This document shows, one piece after another, positions 10,146-19,574 of a stretch of 64,000 nt of DNA (within the stretch, counting starts at the first letter, position 1; each line of letters begins with the position of its first letter). Position numbers and translations under genes: made by a program. The notes beneath the pieces are model-generated. The model saw only the letters and a list, made by a program, of their open reading frames with translations. It had not been told where the DNA came from and searched no databases. Source of the DNA: an uncultured archaeon (lineage in GTDB: Archaea; Asgardarchaeota; Lokiarchaeia; Sigyniarchaeales; SOKP01); the NCBI GenBank assembly GCA_964388035.1, contig CAYLZE010000008.1:10239-74238 (forward strand), written 5' to 3'.

Positions 10146-11270
10146 TTAATTTTTACTCCTCAATTTTCTCTTTAGAAGCTTTTCTTTTTTTTCAAGTTTA
10201 CTCTCTAAAATCTTTGAATAAAGATCTTCAAAATCTTTAGGGGGAACTGCTTCTAAAGGTCTTCTTTTCAGAGAAATGGCTTCAATCGGACAGCTTATTA
10301 CACAAACACCGCAGCCAATGCATCTATTCATGTTGACCTTCGAGCAATCATCATCAAGCGTGATTGCCTCCATTTGGCATCGATTGACACATACCCCGCA
10401 TCCAGTGCATTCTTCAGCGTTCACTTCAGCATAAAAATTCGTCCCGATATATTCATGAGGTTTATACATCCGTTTTAAACCCGCGGCCATCCCGCAACAG
10501 CACGTGCAACAACCACAGAAGAAAGTAGGATTTTCCGTATTTTCTACTTGTAAAATAAGCCCATCCTCTTCATTCTTGCGCAATACTTCTAAAGCTTCTT
10601 CTCGAGTAATTTCTCGACCCCATCCTTGATTGATATAAAGTTGTGCCATCCAATCTACAGCCATGCAAATCTCCCTGCGATCTGTTATTTTACATGGCCG
10701 ATGAATGAGATCGGCGCCTTTCTTGCAAATACAATCTGCAAGACCAATTGGACCCTTCGCATTTTGAATTATTTTTTTAATATCTTCATAATTTGCGATA
10801 TTTTTGTGGCTTTCAATGCTTAAATCTACGGGAATCGTACGCAATTGATTAACTTTGGTAGAGAGAATCTCAAATCCAAAAGCTTCTCTTATATAATGGA
10901 AAAAATCTTTCACCAGGTCAGGAGTAAGATTTGAAAGCTGATATTCGTACATACCAACCACGATGGGCGCATTTGCCCAATATTTAAAGCCATCTTTTTC
11001 TTTAAAGCTCAAGCCACCATTCTTAACAATATGATCCAATGTTACTTCTAAATCTTTCAAAGAAATCTTTTCTTTTCCATATAATTTATGGATTTCTTCT
11101 AAATTTTTCCATTTCCAATCCAAGAAACAGGCTATTTCCGCTTGTTCGGGAGAGAAGATGTATTTCAATATTCTCAGTTCGACTCCCGATTTAGTGGAAG
11201 GATATCCTATCGGCATGCTATCAAGATGCGCTTGCAATTTCCTATAAATGTCTGATTCACTTTTAGTCAT
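10146..11270 (-). CDS. 4Fe-4S dicluster domain protein with a Cys-rich central region
   Basis: CTGCGVCVNRCQMEAI and CIGCGVCVISCPIEAI ferredoxin motifs, plus FFCGCCTCCCGM. Confidence 0.6.
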   Translation of the reverse strand: MTKSESDIYRKLQAHLDSMPIGYPSTKSGVELRILKYIFSPEQAEIACFLDWKWKNLEEIHKLYGKEKISLKDLEVTLDHIVKNGGLSFKEKDGFKYWANAPIVVGMYEYQLSNLTPDLVKDFFHYIREAFGFEILSTKVNQLRTIPVDLSIESHKNIANYEDIKKIIQNAKGPIGLADCICKKGADLIHRPCKITDRREICMAVDWMAQLYINQGWGREITREEALEVLRKNEEDGLILQVENTENPTFFCGCCTCCCGMAAGLKRMYKPHEYIGTNFYAEVNAEECTGCGVCVNRCQMEAITLDDDCSKVNMNRCIGCGVCVISCPIEAISLKRRPLEAVPPKDFEDLYSKILESKLEKKEKLLKRKLRSKN

Positions 11271-11432
11271 TTTCGATTCAGAGTGAAAAGAATTTAATAT
11301 GATTAAACTAACACATTATGTATTCCATTTTAAATTTATCCCAATCTTTTTAAGTAAATTTGAATGGAAATTTTATTTGAATGAGTGTTTTTTTATAAAA
11401 TGTTATTAATATCAACATGAGGTTCAATAATT

Positions 11433-12287
11433 ATGGATTATAGTAAATTTGAAGCAATTCATTTTGAATTGAGGCAGGAAGGAATTGGAATTCTCAGTCT
11501 CAATCGTCCTGAAAAATTAAATGCCATTTCCTTTCAAATGGAAGAAGAACTGCATGAACTCTTGGATCATCTAATGGTTAATTTAGAGTGCCGTGTAATA
11601 CTATTTAAAGGAGAAGGACGGGCATTCTGTGCGGGAACCGATCTTCAAGAAGGATTAATGCTTGATGCTAAACGACCCCCGAAAGGATTTGAACACGTTT
11701 ATTTTTTAAACATTCCCGAACCCTTAAAGCGAAAAATGTATCATCAATGGAGAATCAGTCAGATCTATGTAAAGATGAGGAAAATTAGTCAACCAATCAT
11801 CACATTGGTTCACGGTGCCGCCGCTGGGGGAGGATTTGGTTTCGCCATGGCCTCTGATATGCGTATTGCCAGCAGCGACGCTAAATTTATTAATGCTTCT
11901 ATTAATATCGGACTCACTGGAGCGGATGTGGGAGGAAGTTATTTTCTTCCGCGCTTGATTGGATTATCAAGAGCTGCAGAAATCTTATATACGGGAAAGC
12001 AAGTTAGTGGAGAAGAAGCAGAAAAAATTGGATTAGTTTTAAAAGTGGTAGAAAAGGAAAAATTAATTGAAGAGGGATTAAGCTTGGCGCAAGAACTTTT
12101 AAGTAAAAGTCCCTTGGGGTTGAGGATGACCAAAGAAGCTGTCAATCTCTCATTAGATTCTCCTAGTTTAGAGAATATCGTTCAATTTGAGAACAGTTCT
12201 ATTGTATTAACCTTTTGTTCAAAAGACGTGCAGGAAGCTTCGGCAGCATTTTTTGAAAAAAGAACCCCCAAGTATGAGTTGAAATGA
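11433..12287 (+). CDS. enoyl-CoA hydratase/isomerase (crotonase) family protein, paralog 2
   Basis: Same 284-aa length as 7233..8087 and roughly half of positions identical by eye: LNRPEKLNAI, FCAGTDLQE, HGAAAGGGFGFAMASDM, AFFEKRTPKY. Confidence 0.85.
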   Translation: MDYSKFEAIHFELRQEGIGILSLNRPEKLNAISFQMEEELHELLDHLMVNLECRVILFKGEGRAFCAGTDLQEGLMLDAKRPPKGFEHVYFLNIPEPLKRKMYHQWRISQIYVKMRKISQPIITLVHGAAAGGGFGFAMASDMRIASSDAKFINASINIGLTGADVGGSYFLPRLIGLSRAAEILYTGKQVSGEEAEKIGLVLKVVEKEKLIEEGLSLAQELLSKSPLGLRMTKEAVNLSLDSPSLENIVQFENSSIVLTFCSKDVQEASAAFFEKRTPKYELK

Positions 12288-12506
12288 CCCTTGGGAATCT
12301 TTTAATCCTAACTAGAAAAATAGCAAATTTTAACAACGCCTTTTTTATTTTATTTCAAATAAAAATTTATAATTTCAAGAGCTTAGAAATGTAAACAATT
12401 CTAATCTCATTTGATTTGGAAAAATGAAACAATTTTAACGTTAAAAGCGCTATTCAATATTGAAATAAAAAAAAGATGGATTAATTTGTGTTAGAAAGTA
12501 CAGTAT

Positions 12507-13016
12507 TCACTTTTTAATTTGAACTTTGGGCTTAATGGGAGAAGCTCCACCAAAATTGGTAATGACGGGGCAATGTGCAAAAACTTTATCCATTAATTCA
12601 TTTATTTTTTCTTCGGAAGCATTTGCTTTAATCCTAATAACAGGCTCTAATTTATCATAACCTGCCATTTTTTTATCATCAATTCCAAAAATTGCACCAA
12701 GATTAATATGCCCACGAGAGAAAACTTGCATTTCCTCAATGGTAATACCCATTATTAGAGCCCAAAAACGAGTCACTGCTATAATACAAGCCCCTATTGA
12801 AGAAAGAATGACTAATAACGGGGATGGACCTATATTTGTTCCGTTCAATCCTCCCGGTGCATCAATCAGCAATTTGAAAGGCTCTCCAGCAGGATTACCC
12901 ATGGAGCATTCAATTTGCATGCCTTCTTTTTGCATGGTACATTCTACATTAAAATTCTTCTCTCCTGCATCCCAATTCGCTTTAATTGCATCATACGTCT
13001 CTTTAAATGATGGCAT
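12507..13016 (-). CDS. OsmC/Ohr-family protein
   Basis: 169 aa. GPSPLLVILSSIGACIIAV and a C-terminal FAHCPV motif are typical of the OsmC-like fold. Confidence 0.5.
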   Translation of the reverse strand: MPSFKETYDAIKANWDAGEKNFNVECTMQKEGMQIECSMGNPAGEPFKLLIDAPGGLNGTNIGPSPLLVILSSIGACIIAVTRFWALIMGITIEEMQVFSRGHINLGAIFGIDDKKMAGYDKLEPVIRIKANASEEKINELMDKVFAHCPVITNFGGASPIKPKVQIKK

Positions 13017-13631
13017 TTTTATTTTTCACTTTTTCTTTTTTGATTGTTTTTTTGAATATTTATTCGATATTCTTTTTCTAGAATGCTCATTCCTATAAAA
13101 AGGTTATGTTTTACCCCAACAAGTTAAATTCGTGGCGGTGGTAGTCAAAAAAAGTGAGGAAAAACTCGCTGGCGGAGATGATATATTCGGGATTAATGCG
13201 GGTATAATCTTTTTTCGGATTGTAATAGATGGTGTCGTGAAAATCAAAAATGACTGTTTCTTTCCCTTTTAATGTAATTTGGTCGGGAGAAAAACGGAAT
13301 TATTGCCATTTAAATCACGGCGGGTCGGGAATTTTCTGATTTAGGCGGGAATTCCGACAGTCCTAACCGTTAAAAAAGTGAGAAAAATGAATCTTAATAT
13401 AGAAAAAAACGGTAAATATAAAGTTAACAAGTAAAGAATTGGAATATTGTGAGAAAGTGAATAGTTTTTCTTACTATTCATGTGTTTTAATAAAATACTG
13501 AGCTTTCCATTTTTAAACTAGCAATTTTCTGGTGATTCAGATTTTGATTTATCCCTGTGTAAGGATATGCAAAGAACGACTAACTTTTTTGAAAAAAAAG
13601 TGATAAAATAAAGTGAATTTAGTGAAAAAGA

Positions 13632-14420
13632 TTAGAAGAAAACAGAGATTAATCCATATAGTAGTTTTGAAACGAATTCTTTTCCTTTTCCTACATGTTC
13701 TTGAATATAATAGGTTCTTTTTGGATCTGTCCATCCCTTTTTTTCCCAATAATTATAATCAACAGGATTTGATAGTTCGGGATTAGCACGATGTTTTTGC
13801 TGTATTTTGAAAACCGCAAGCGATAAAATGGACGGGTTTAAAAAACTTTCCATTTTAATCCCAAAATATAATTTTCTTGCCAATTTAGAGATTGATTTGC
13901 TATATCGTTGCTTCAGACTTTCCAAGGAATCAAGAGAAGATTTAGTAGTAAATCCCTTTGATCCTAACACTTTAAATCCCCAACTGAATGTAGCTGCGCC
14001 CATCGTATGGATGGTACGTTTTAAACTTGTTGCATTAGTCGTAGCGATGAGTAAGGCACATTTCTGATAAAATTCTTGTCGATGACAAATATAAGCTAGT
14101 CTATCGATTAAAGCTTTCATGGAAGAGCTTATATCTCCTACATATACTGGACTCGCAAAAATTATTCCATCGGCATCATGAATCTTGGACTTAATGAGAG
14201 GAACATCATCTTTCCAAGGACAAGCCTCCTCCCCAATTTCCATGCAAGCACGACATCCTTTGCAATGGTTAATTTCATAATCTCCCAAATATAACTTTTC
14301 AAATTCTAATGAATCATTATCTTTTATATTTAATTTCTCCATTTGCTTTTGTATGAGAGAAACTATTTTAGATGTGTGCCCATTTTTCCTATAACTACTA
14401 ATAATAGCTACTATTTTCAT
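13632..14420 (-). CDS. flavodoxin-like fold NAD(P)H-dependent FMN reductase / iron-sulfur flavoprotein-like, with a C-terminal extension
   Basis: MKIVAIISSYRKNGHTSK start, CKGCRAC cysteine motif, DGIIFASPVY. Confidence 0.55.
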   Translation of the reverse strand: MKIVAIISSYRKNGHTSKIVSLIQKQMEKLNIKDNDSLEFEKLYLGDYEINHCKGCRACMEIGEEACPWKDDVPLIKSKIHDADGIIFASPVYVGDISSSMKALIDRLAYICHRQEFYQKCALLIATTNATSLKRTIHTMGAATFSWGFKVLGSKGFTTKSSLDSLESLKQRYSKSISKLARKLYFGIKMESFLNPSILSLAVFKIQQKHRANPELSNPVDYNYWEKKGWTDPKRTYYIQEHVGKGKEFVSKLLYGLISVFF

Positions 14421-14784
14421 TTTTAAAGGTTAGATGTGTAATTCAATTTTATTACTATGATCAAATATAGTTAATAATCTACATATAAAAGGATGTTCCA
14501 GCATGTTTCAAAAAAAATGATACCTGACTCACGTAAATTTACTTTTTTCTCAACTTACTTGGAAAAGAAATGATCATTTTGCATGCTAAAATTTCTTCTT
14601 AAAGGTATCCAAATTAAAAATTATTATTTTAAACGATAAAAGTAAACTAATTATATTTTATACGAGATGAATTTTTATAGCTTTTTGGGGAAATATCGTC
14701 ATAGAAAAAGTATTAGTGTGGATTAGATTGATAAAGCTTTTTCTTTTTTCATTTTAAAAAGTTATGATGTTTAATTTATTTGGA

Positions 14785-14792
14785 TTTAATTT
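14785..14792. repeat. target-site duplication TTTAATTT (left copy)
   Basis: This 8-mer directly abuts the left inverted repeat. The identical 8-mer abuts the right inverted repeat at 16578..16585. Confidence 0.6.
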
Positions 14793-14815
14793 GATTAATT
14801 GTTATTTTTTTTGTA
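14793..14815. repeat. IS terminal inverted repeat (left)
   Basis: Matches the reverse complement of 16555..16577 at 21 of 23 positions. The first 13 nt are perfect. Confidence 0.65.
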
Positions 14816-14818
14816 TAT

Positions 14819-16467
14819 TTAAATAAGCATGGGCTCCTCTAAATACCATTCGATCCGTCCCGAAAATTGCGTGTTCAACCGCCCTAATATCCGATCCTTC
14901 TTAAGAAGATTATTTCCCGCACGAAAGGGCTTTTTAAACGCCGTATTGTAATGTTCCATGTTGGCATGCTGAGCATTCGTGAATCCCGGGTGGAGGGAGG
15001 CGTATGCGACAAAGCGAAGGAGGGAATCCCGGTGGTTTTTGAGGGTCCTAATGGCAGTATTGAGCTTCTTGGTGTATTTTTTGGAGGGCTGCAAGGAATC
15101 AATTTGATGTCCGTCAATCTCCGCAGGAGGCAAGCGGGAAAGCTCTCCTACCTGTAAGGTCATTTCCCGATACTCTTTTAAACCGGGATGTCGGGCTAAA
15201 AATTCTTTCAAAAAAACTTGGCGCTGGAGCGTCATCTTTTCCGGCTGGAAAAAAAGAATGGAACACTCTTTGAAAAATTGAATGCTCTCCTCATCCAAAG
15301 GCTTCCGAAACTCCAAATAAAAGCTTTTCAACTTTTTGAGCAGCTCTGTTTTAATGTGGTTCATGCCCTTTTCCGTAAAGCGCTTTTTGGGTAAGTGGGA
15401 GGCAAGAGCTGCAAGGAAGGAAGGAAAGTACGAATCAGAACTTAGCTTGCTTAACAGGCGCTTTAAATTCCGGAAAAAGAGCTCGGGGGTTTGTACTTTA
15501 ATCAGGGAGAAGACCTGTCCTGTGAGCCGGGCACAGGAGGAGCTCCGCTCGTGAGATGCTACAAAGGAAGGAACTCGAGGTAGGAGTACTTTTCCTCCCT
15601 TATTTCCTCTAATGGCTTTCTCTCTCTTTTGAAGAGTGCTCACGATGGTTCTCAAAAGGCGTTATTCTCCCCGTTCTGCATCATAGTGGCGTTCCCGATA
15701 GCGTAATAAATCCGCCTTGATGGCTCGATTTAATTCCTGCATGACGTGAAAGAGGTCAATTTGAATGACCTCTTCTCCATAGACTTCGATGATGGCCGCC
15801 AGTAGAACGGGAGAGAAATCGCAGGTGATCAGATCGGGATGGACTCCTAGCTCTTTCAAGCGGTATAAAATGCGACGGGCGTTGTCTAGGGTTTCATCTC
15901 GGACAAGGTGAGTGAGAAGGTCCCGTTTTTTAGACTGGTCAATGACAATAAGACCACAGAGCTTTTTTTTCCGATGAGTTCCCTGCCGACCGAGGTAAAC
16001 GTGCCATCCAAGGAAACCGTTTTAACCTCTTCGGGATGAGTAATGGGCTTTTCCTTCTGGAGCGAAGCCAGGAATTTCTCTCCATGGGCTTTAATCCAGG
16101 TAGTAATGGTATCCAAGGGGACCTCCACGTTGAGTTTTTGATTTAAATCCTTGCAAATAGAAGGAGCGGAGCAATTAAATCGGAAATAACTCTCCAGGGC
16201 ATAGGTGATGACGGCGGGCGTATATTCTAATTTCGGGGGATAGTCCGGGTGTTTCGGACTAAAGTAATGCCCGCAAGAACATTCAAAATAGGTGACTTGG
16301 AGGCGGATGACCCGTCGTTCCCGGGGCGTACCTAAATCTGCAAGGGTTCGCCAATAACTCGAGCGCTTTTTCAATTGAGGACCCCCACATTTCTCACAGG
16401 GCCCCTTAAAATAGGCTTCTATGGGAATATCCCCCTGAGTGGTTTTAATCTCCGTTGGGAACTCCAT
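14819..16467 (-). pseudogene. ISL3-family-like transposase, interrupted by one frameshift and one in-frame TAA
   Basis: Three consecutive minus-strand ORFs. The first (16467..15886) has an N-terminal zinc finger, CEKCGG...CSCGH. The second (15859..15662) contains DLFHVMQELNRAIK, similar to the ISL3 D-x-FHV motif. The third (15655..14819) is the C-terminal part. ORF1 to ORF2 needs a -1 shift at an A8 run. ORF2 and ORF3 share a frame and are separated only by TAA at 15664..15662. Confidence 0.7.
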
Positions 16468-16554
16468 GAAGAAGTAGATAGTACACCGATAATATTTACG
16501 TGTGATATCCCGGTGATAAGGAGAATAGAAAAACAATTAAAAGTGGATTCGTTT

Positions 16555-16577
16555 TACAAATAATATAACAATTAATC
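16555..16577. repeat. IS terminal inverted repeat (right)
   Basis: Reverse complement matches 14793..14815. Confidence 0.65.
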
Positions 16578-16585
16578 TTTAATTT
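16578..16585. repeat. target-site duplication TTTAATTT (right copy)
   Basis: Identical to 14785..14792 and directly abuts the right inverted repeat. Confidence 0.6.
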
Positions 16586-16850
16586 TTAAATACTTATATT
16601 TTTTTTAAGAATAGAGTTTATGGAAGAAATACACTTAGAAGCTAGAAATGAATTTAACTTTAGTTAAAACCAAATTTAAAGGGTTTTATTCAACATTTTT
16701 AGAAATTTACACGAATTGCATCCCTCCTAATTTAAAAAAGAAATCATTAAGCAAGAGGAAAATTAATAAAATTTTTCAACCAATAGATGAAATATGATTA
16801 GAGATTGAAAATTTAATCCAAATAATCGTATAGAAAAATTAAAGAATATC

Positions 16851-18233
16851 ATGGATAATCAAAAACGTTTAAAAGAGAGTTCATCTGAACAGACAACTAC
16901 TCGGGAAATGAGATTTAAGCATGAGAGAGATACCTTATTAAATATTTTGAATCAAATGAATCTTGTCTTGTGTTTAATTAATCGAAATCATGAAATTGTT
17001 TATTATAATCAAAGATTTCAAGATCTTTTTGGTATTCCAGATAACAGAAAATGTCATGAGATTTTTAAAAATCTACAAAAAGATTGTGAATCTTGCAATC
17101 TTAATACGGATATCGATTATTTAACCAAAAAACTTGAGGAAATTGAAACAACATCACAAAAAATATATGAAGTTTCCGAAATTCCATATAAAAATTTAAA
17201 AGGTGATTTCTTTAAATTAAAAATATTGTATGATATAACTGAAATAAGACAGAAAGAAAAAAGCCTCAAAGAAACTAATATAGAACTTAATAATACTATT
17301 CAGAAAATTCAACAATTATCCGCAAAATTAGAATTTCAGTCAGTGTTAATCAATAATATAAATGAAGCGGTAATTGCATCAAATGAAGAGCATGAAATCC
17401 AATTTTGGAATAAAGCCGCAGAGAATTTATATGGATGGAAAAAAAAGGAGGTTCTAGGAAAAAAAGTGCATGATCTTTTAAAAACTAAATATTTCAATGA
17501 AAGTCGAAGTAATATTATAGAAATTATTAAGAATGAAGGCCGTTGGACCGGCAATGTCATTCAAAAGCATAAAGACGGAGATAAAATCGATATTTTCTCT
17601 TCCGTGAGAAGGTTTAATAATCCCGTTAATCATGAAGTAATATATATAATCATTAATCGAGATATTCGCGATATTATTAGCGCTAAAAATAAAATTAATG
17701 AAATGACACAATTTCCACTTGGAAATCCTAATCCCGTATTAGGGGTAGATAAGGAAAAAATAGTTTATATCAATCCTTCAGCCATTAAACTCTTAAAAAG
17801 GAATAAAGGAGAACCAATTCCAATTATATTAAAAGAACTAATAGAAACAACATATGATAAAAAAGAGGTTATAACTGAAGAAATAGAAATTGGAAAAGAA
17901 TTCTATGCCTTTGTTTCAATCTTAGTAGAGGAATTCAACTCGATCAATCTTTATGGAATGAATATTACAAAAATGAAGCGAGCAGAAAAAGAATTGAAGC
18001 ATTCAATTACTATAATTGGACATAAATTGCAAACACCATTGACTGTTTTTCAATTAGGGATCCATAACTTGAAGAATATTGGTCATCAAATGACATCCGA
18101 ACTAAGAACGGAATTATTTAGTGATTTACAAAATAACATAGATGAGTTGACAAATTTGATAAAGAAACTATTAGATAATGCTCGAAATAGCATTAATGGA
18201 TTTTCTAATAATTACTTTAATCCAAATACTTAA
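16851..18233 (+). CDS. multi-PAS sensor protein ending in a HisKA-like dimerisation/phosphoacceptor helix, with no ATPase domain
   Basis: PAS-like segments (LCLINRNHEIVYYNQRFQDLFG; INEAVIASNEEHEIQFWNKAAENLYGWKKKEVLGK; PVLGVDKEKIVYINPSA), then an H-box-like IIGHKLQTPLTV. The protein ends about 70 aa after that. Confidence 0.65.
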   Translation: MDNQKRLKESSSEQTTTREMRFKHERDTLLNILNQMNLVLCLINRNHEIVYYNQRFQDLFGIPDNRKCHEIFKNLQKDCESCNLNTDIDYLTKKLEEIETTSQKIYEVSEIPYKNLKGDFFKLKILYDITEIRQKEKSLKETNIELNNTIQKIQQLSAKLEFQSVLINNINEAVIASNEEHEIQFWNKAAENLYGWKKKEVLGKKVHDLLKTKYFNESRSNIIEIIKNEGRWTGNVIQKHKDGDKIDIFSSVRRFNNPVNHEVIYIIINRDIRDIISAKNKINEMTQFPLGNPNPVLGVDKEKIVYINPSAIKLLKRNKGEPIPIILKELIETTYDKKEVITEEIEIGKEFYAFVSILVEEFNSINLYGMNITKMKRAEKELKHSITIIGHKLQTPLTVFQLGIHNLKNIGHQMTSELRTELFSDLQNNIDELTNLIKKLLDNARNSINGFSNNYFNPNT

Positions 18234-18503
18234 TCTATCTATTTCAGAAAAATTGAAAATCTAAAATTTTCATCCTTAATCTAAAAAAAGAAGACTAATT
18301 GGCTTCTTATATTAACTTAACCATTCTCACCTTTTTAGAGGAATTAAACAAAAATTTATGCTTTTTTTTAGATTCATCTAATTAAGTCTTTAAGAGATCT
18401 TACGAACAAATACAAGAGTTCAAATCTTTCTTTAAAAATTAATGAAATTACAAAACATGTATAGCTTAATTTTTTATTTTTTTTTCCTTTCTTTTAATAT
18501 ATA

Positions 18504-19415
18504 ATGGATGAAATGGATCTCAATATAATCCTCCTCCTCTTCAATAACTCACGATTAACGTATCGTGAAATTTCGGACTTTTTAGGATTGTCAGTTAATG
18601 CTATCTATAAGCGAATACAAGCGCTTATTGAATTAAAAACCATTAATAGATTTACTGCTAGTTTAAAACCTTATGCCATTAATAGCTTGTATACGTTCAT
18701 ATTCGGCCAATGTAATTCACAAGACATGGAAAGGACGATTCAAGAATTGGGAAATCACGAAAATACTTGGCAAATTATTCTCTCAAGTAGAAATTATATG
18801 TATATCGGGGCAATGTTAGAAAATATCCATCAATTAGAGCCTTACACCGCTTTTATTGCAAAAACAGCCCTAATGCAAGCCCCGAAAGTAGGTTTGCTTT
18901 CTAACGTGCAATACAAAGCTCCAATTCCATACATTATTCCAAAATCAAGTTCAATGCAGTATGATCAATTGGATCAAGAGATAATTCGTTCTTTACGTTA
19001 TGATTCGAGAAAACCCATTGCAGAAATCGCGGAGGATATCAACAGAACATCAAATACTGTTCGACGTAGATTAAATCGGTTGATAAATGAAGGAATTATT
19101 GATCTTTCCATTCAATTCAATCCAGAGGCTTCGAAAGATATTTTTGCATTGTTCCAAATTACCCTCCCTCCATATATAGAAAAAATAGAATTTGCCAAAT
19201 ATTTGAACGAGAAATATCATCCCCATCTATTTTATATTTGGTCCTTTAGCAACTTACCAAGTCTAATATTATGTTGGGTTTGGGTCAATAGCATGAAAGA
19301 ATTTAATGACTTAATTGAAAATGTAAAAAGAGAAAAAATTGAGTCCTTGCTTTTTGATATAATGTACAAAGTTTATTATTTTGAAACGTGGAAAGAAAAA
19401 TTGGTTCAAGATTAA
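18504..19415 (+). CDS. Lrp/AsnC-type regulator with two tandem HTH-plus-RAM-like halves
   Basis: Two HTH_AsnC-like segments: LNIILLLFNNSRLTYREISDFLGLSVNAIYKRIQAL and LDQEIIRSLRYDSRKPIAEIAEDINRTSNTVRRRLNRLINEGII. Confidence 0.6.
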   Translation: MDEMDLNIILLLFNNSRLTYREISDFLGLSVNAIYKRIQALIELKTINRFTASLKPYAINSLYTFIFGQCNSQDMERTIQELGNHENTWQIILSSRNYMYIGAMLENIHQLEPYTAFIAKTALMQAPKVGLLSNVQYKAPIPYIIPKSSSMQYDQLDQEIIRSLRYDSRKPIAEIAEDINRTSNTVRRRLNRLINEGIIDLSIQFNPEASKDIFALFQITLPPYIEKIEFAKYLNEKYHPHLFYIWSFSNLPSLILCWVWVNSMKEFNDLIENVKREKIESLLFDIMYKVYYFETWKEKLVQD

Positions 19416-19574
19416 AGATTATTAAACTGATAAAGGCTAATGTTTTCAGATTTTTTTTAAAATTCATAATTATTGACCCATTTCCTATTCTTAATACTTA
19501 TTTTTTTTATATCCAAATCTTTTAAATATCGAATTTTACGATACTATAACAAAAAGTCATGGTAAAATATTAAT

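Larger units (their letters stand above)
14793..16577 (-). mobile_element. ISL3-like insertion sequence (1785 bp) with a disrupted transposase
   Basis: The ends GATTAATTGTTATTTTTTTTGTA (14793..14815) and the reverse complement of 16555..16577 (GATTAATTGTTATATTATTTGTA) match at 21 of 23 positions. They are flanked by 8-bp direct repeats. The interior is visibly GC-richer than the flanks and encodes a zinc-finger plus DDE transposase on the minus strand. Confidence 0.7.

Noticed and set aside
18405-18435. GAGTTCAAATC, which resembles a tRNA T-loop.
   Set aside because: The flanking bases cannot form a T-stem (AAGAG against CTTTC), there is no acceptor or anticodon arm, and the region is AT-rich, unlike archaeal tRNAs. 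It is not a tRNA.
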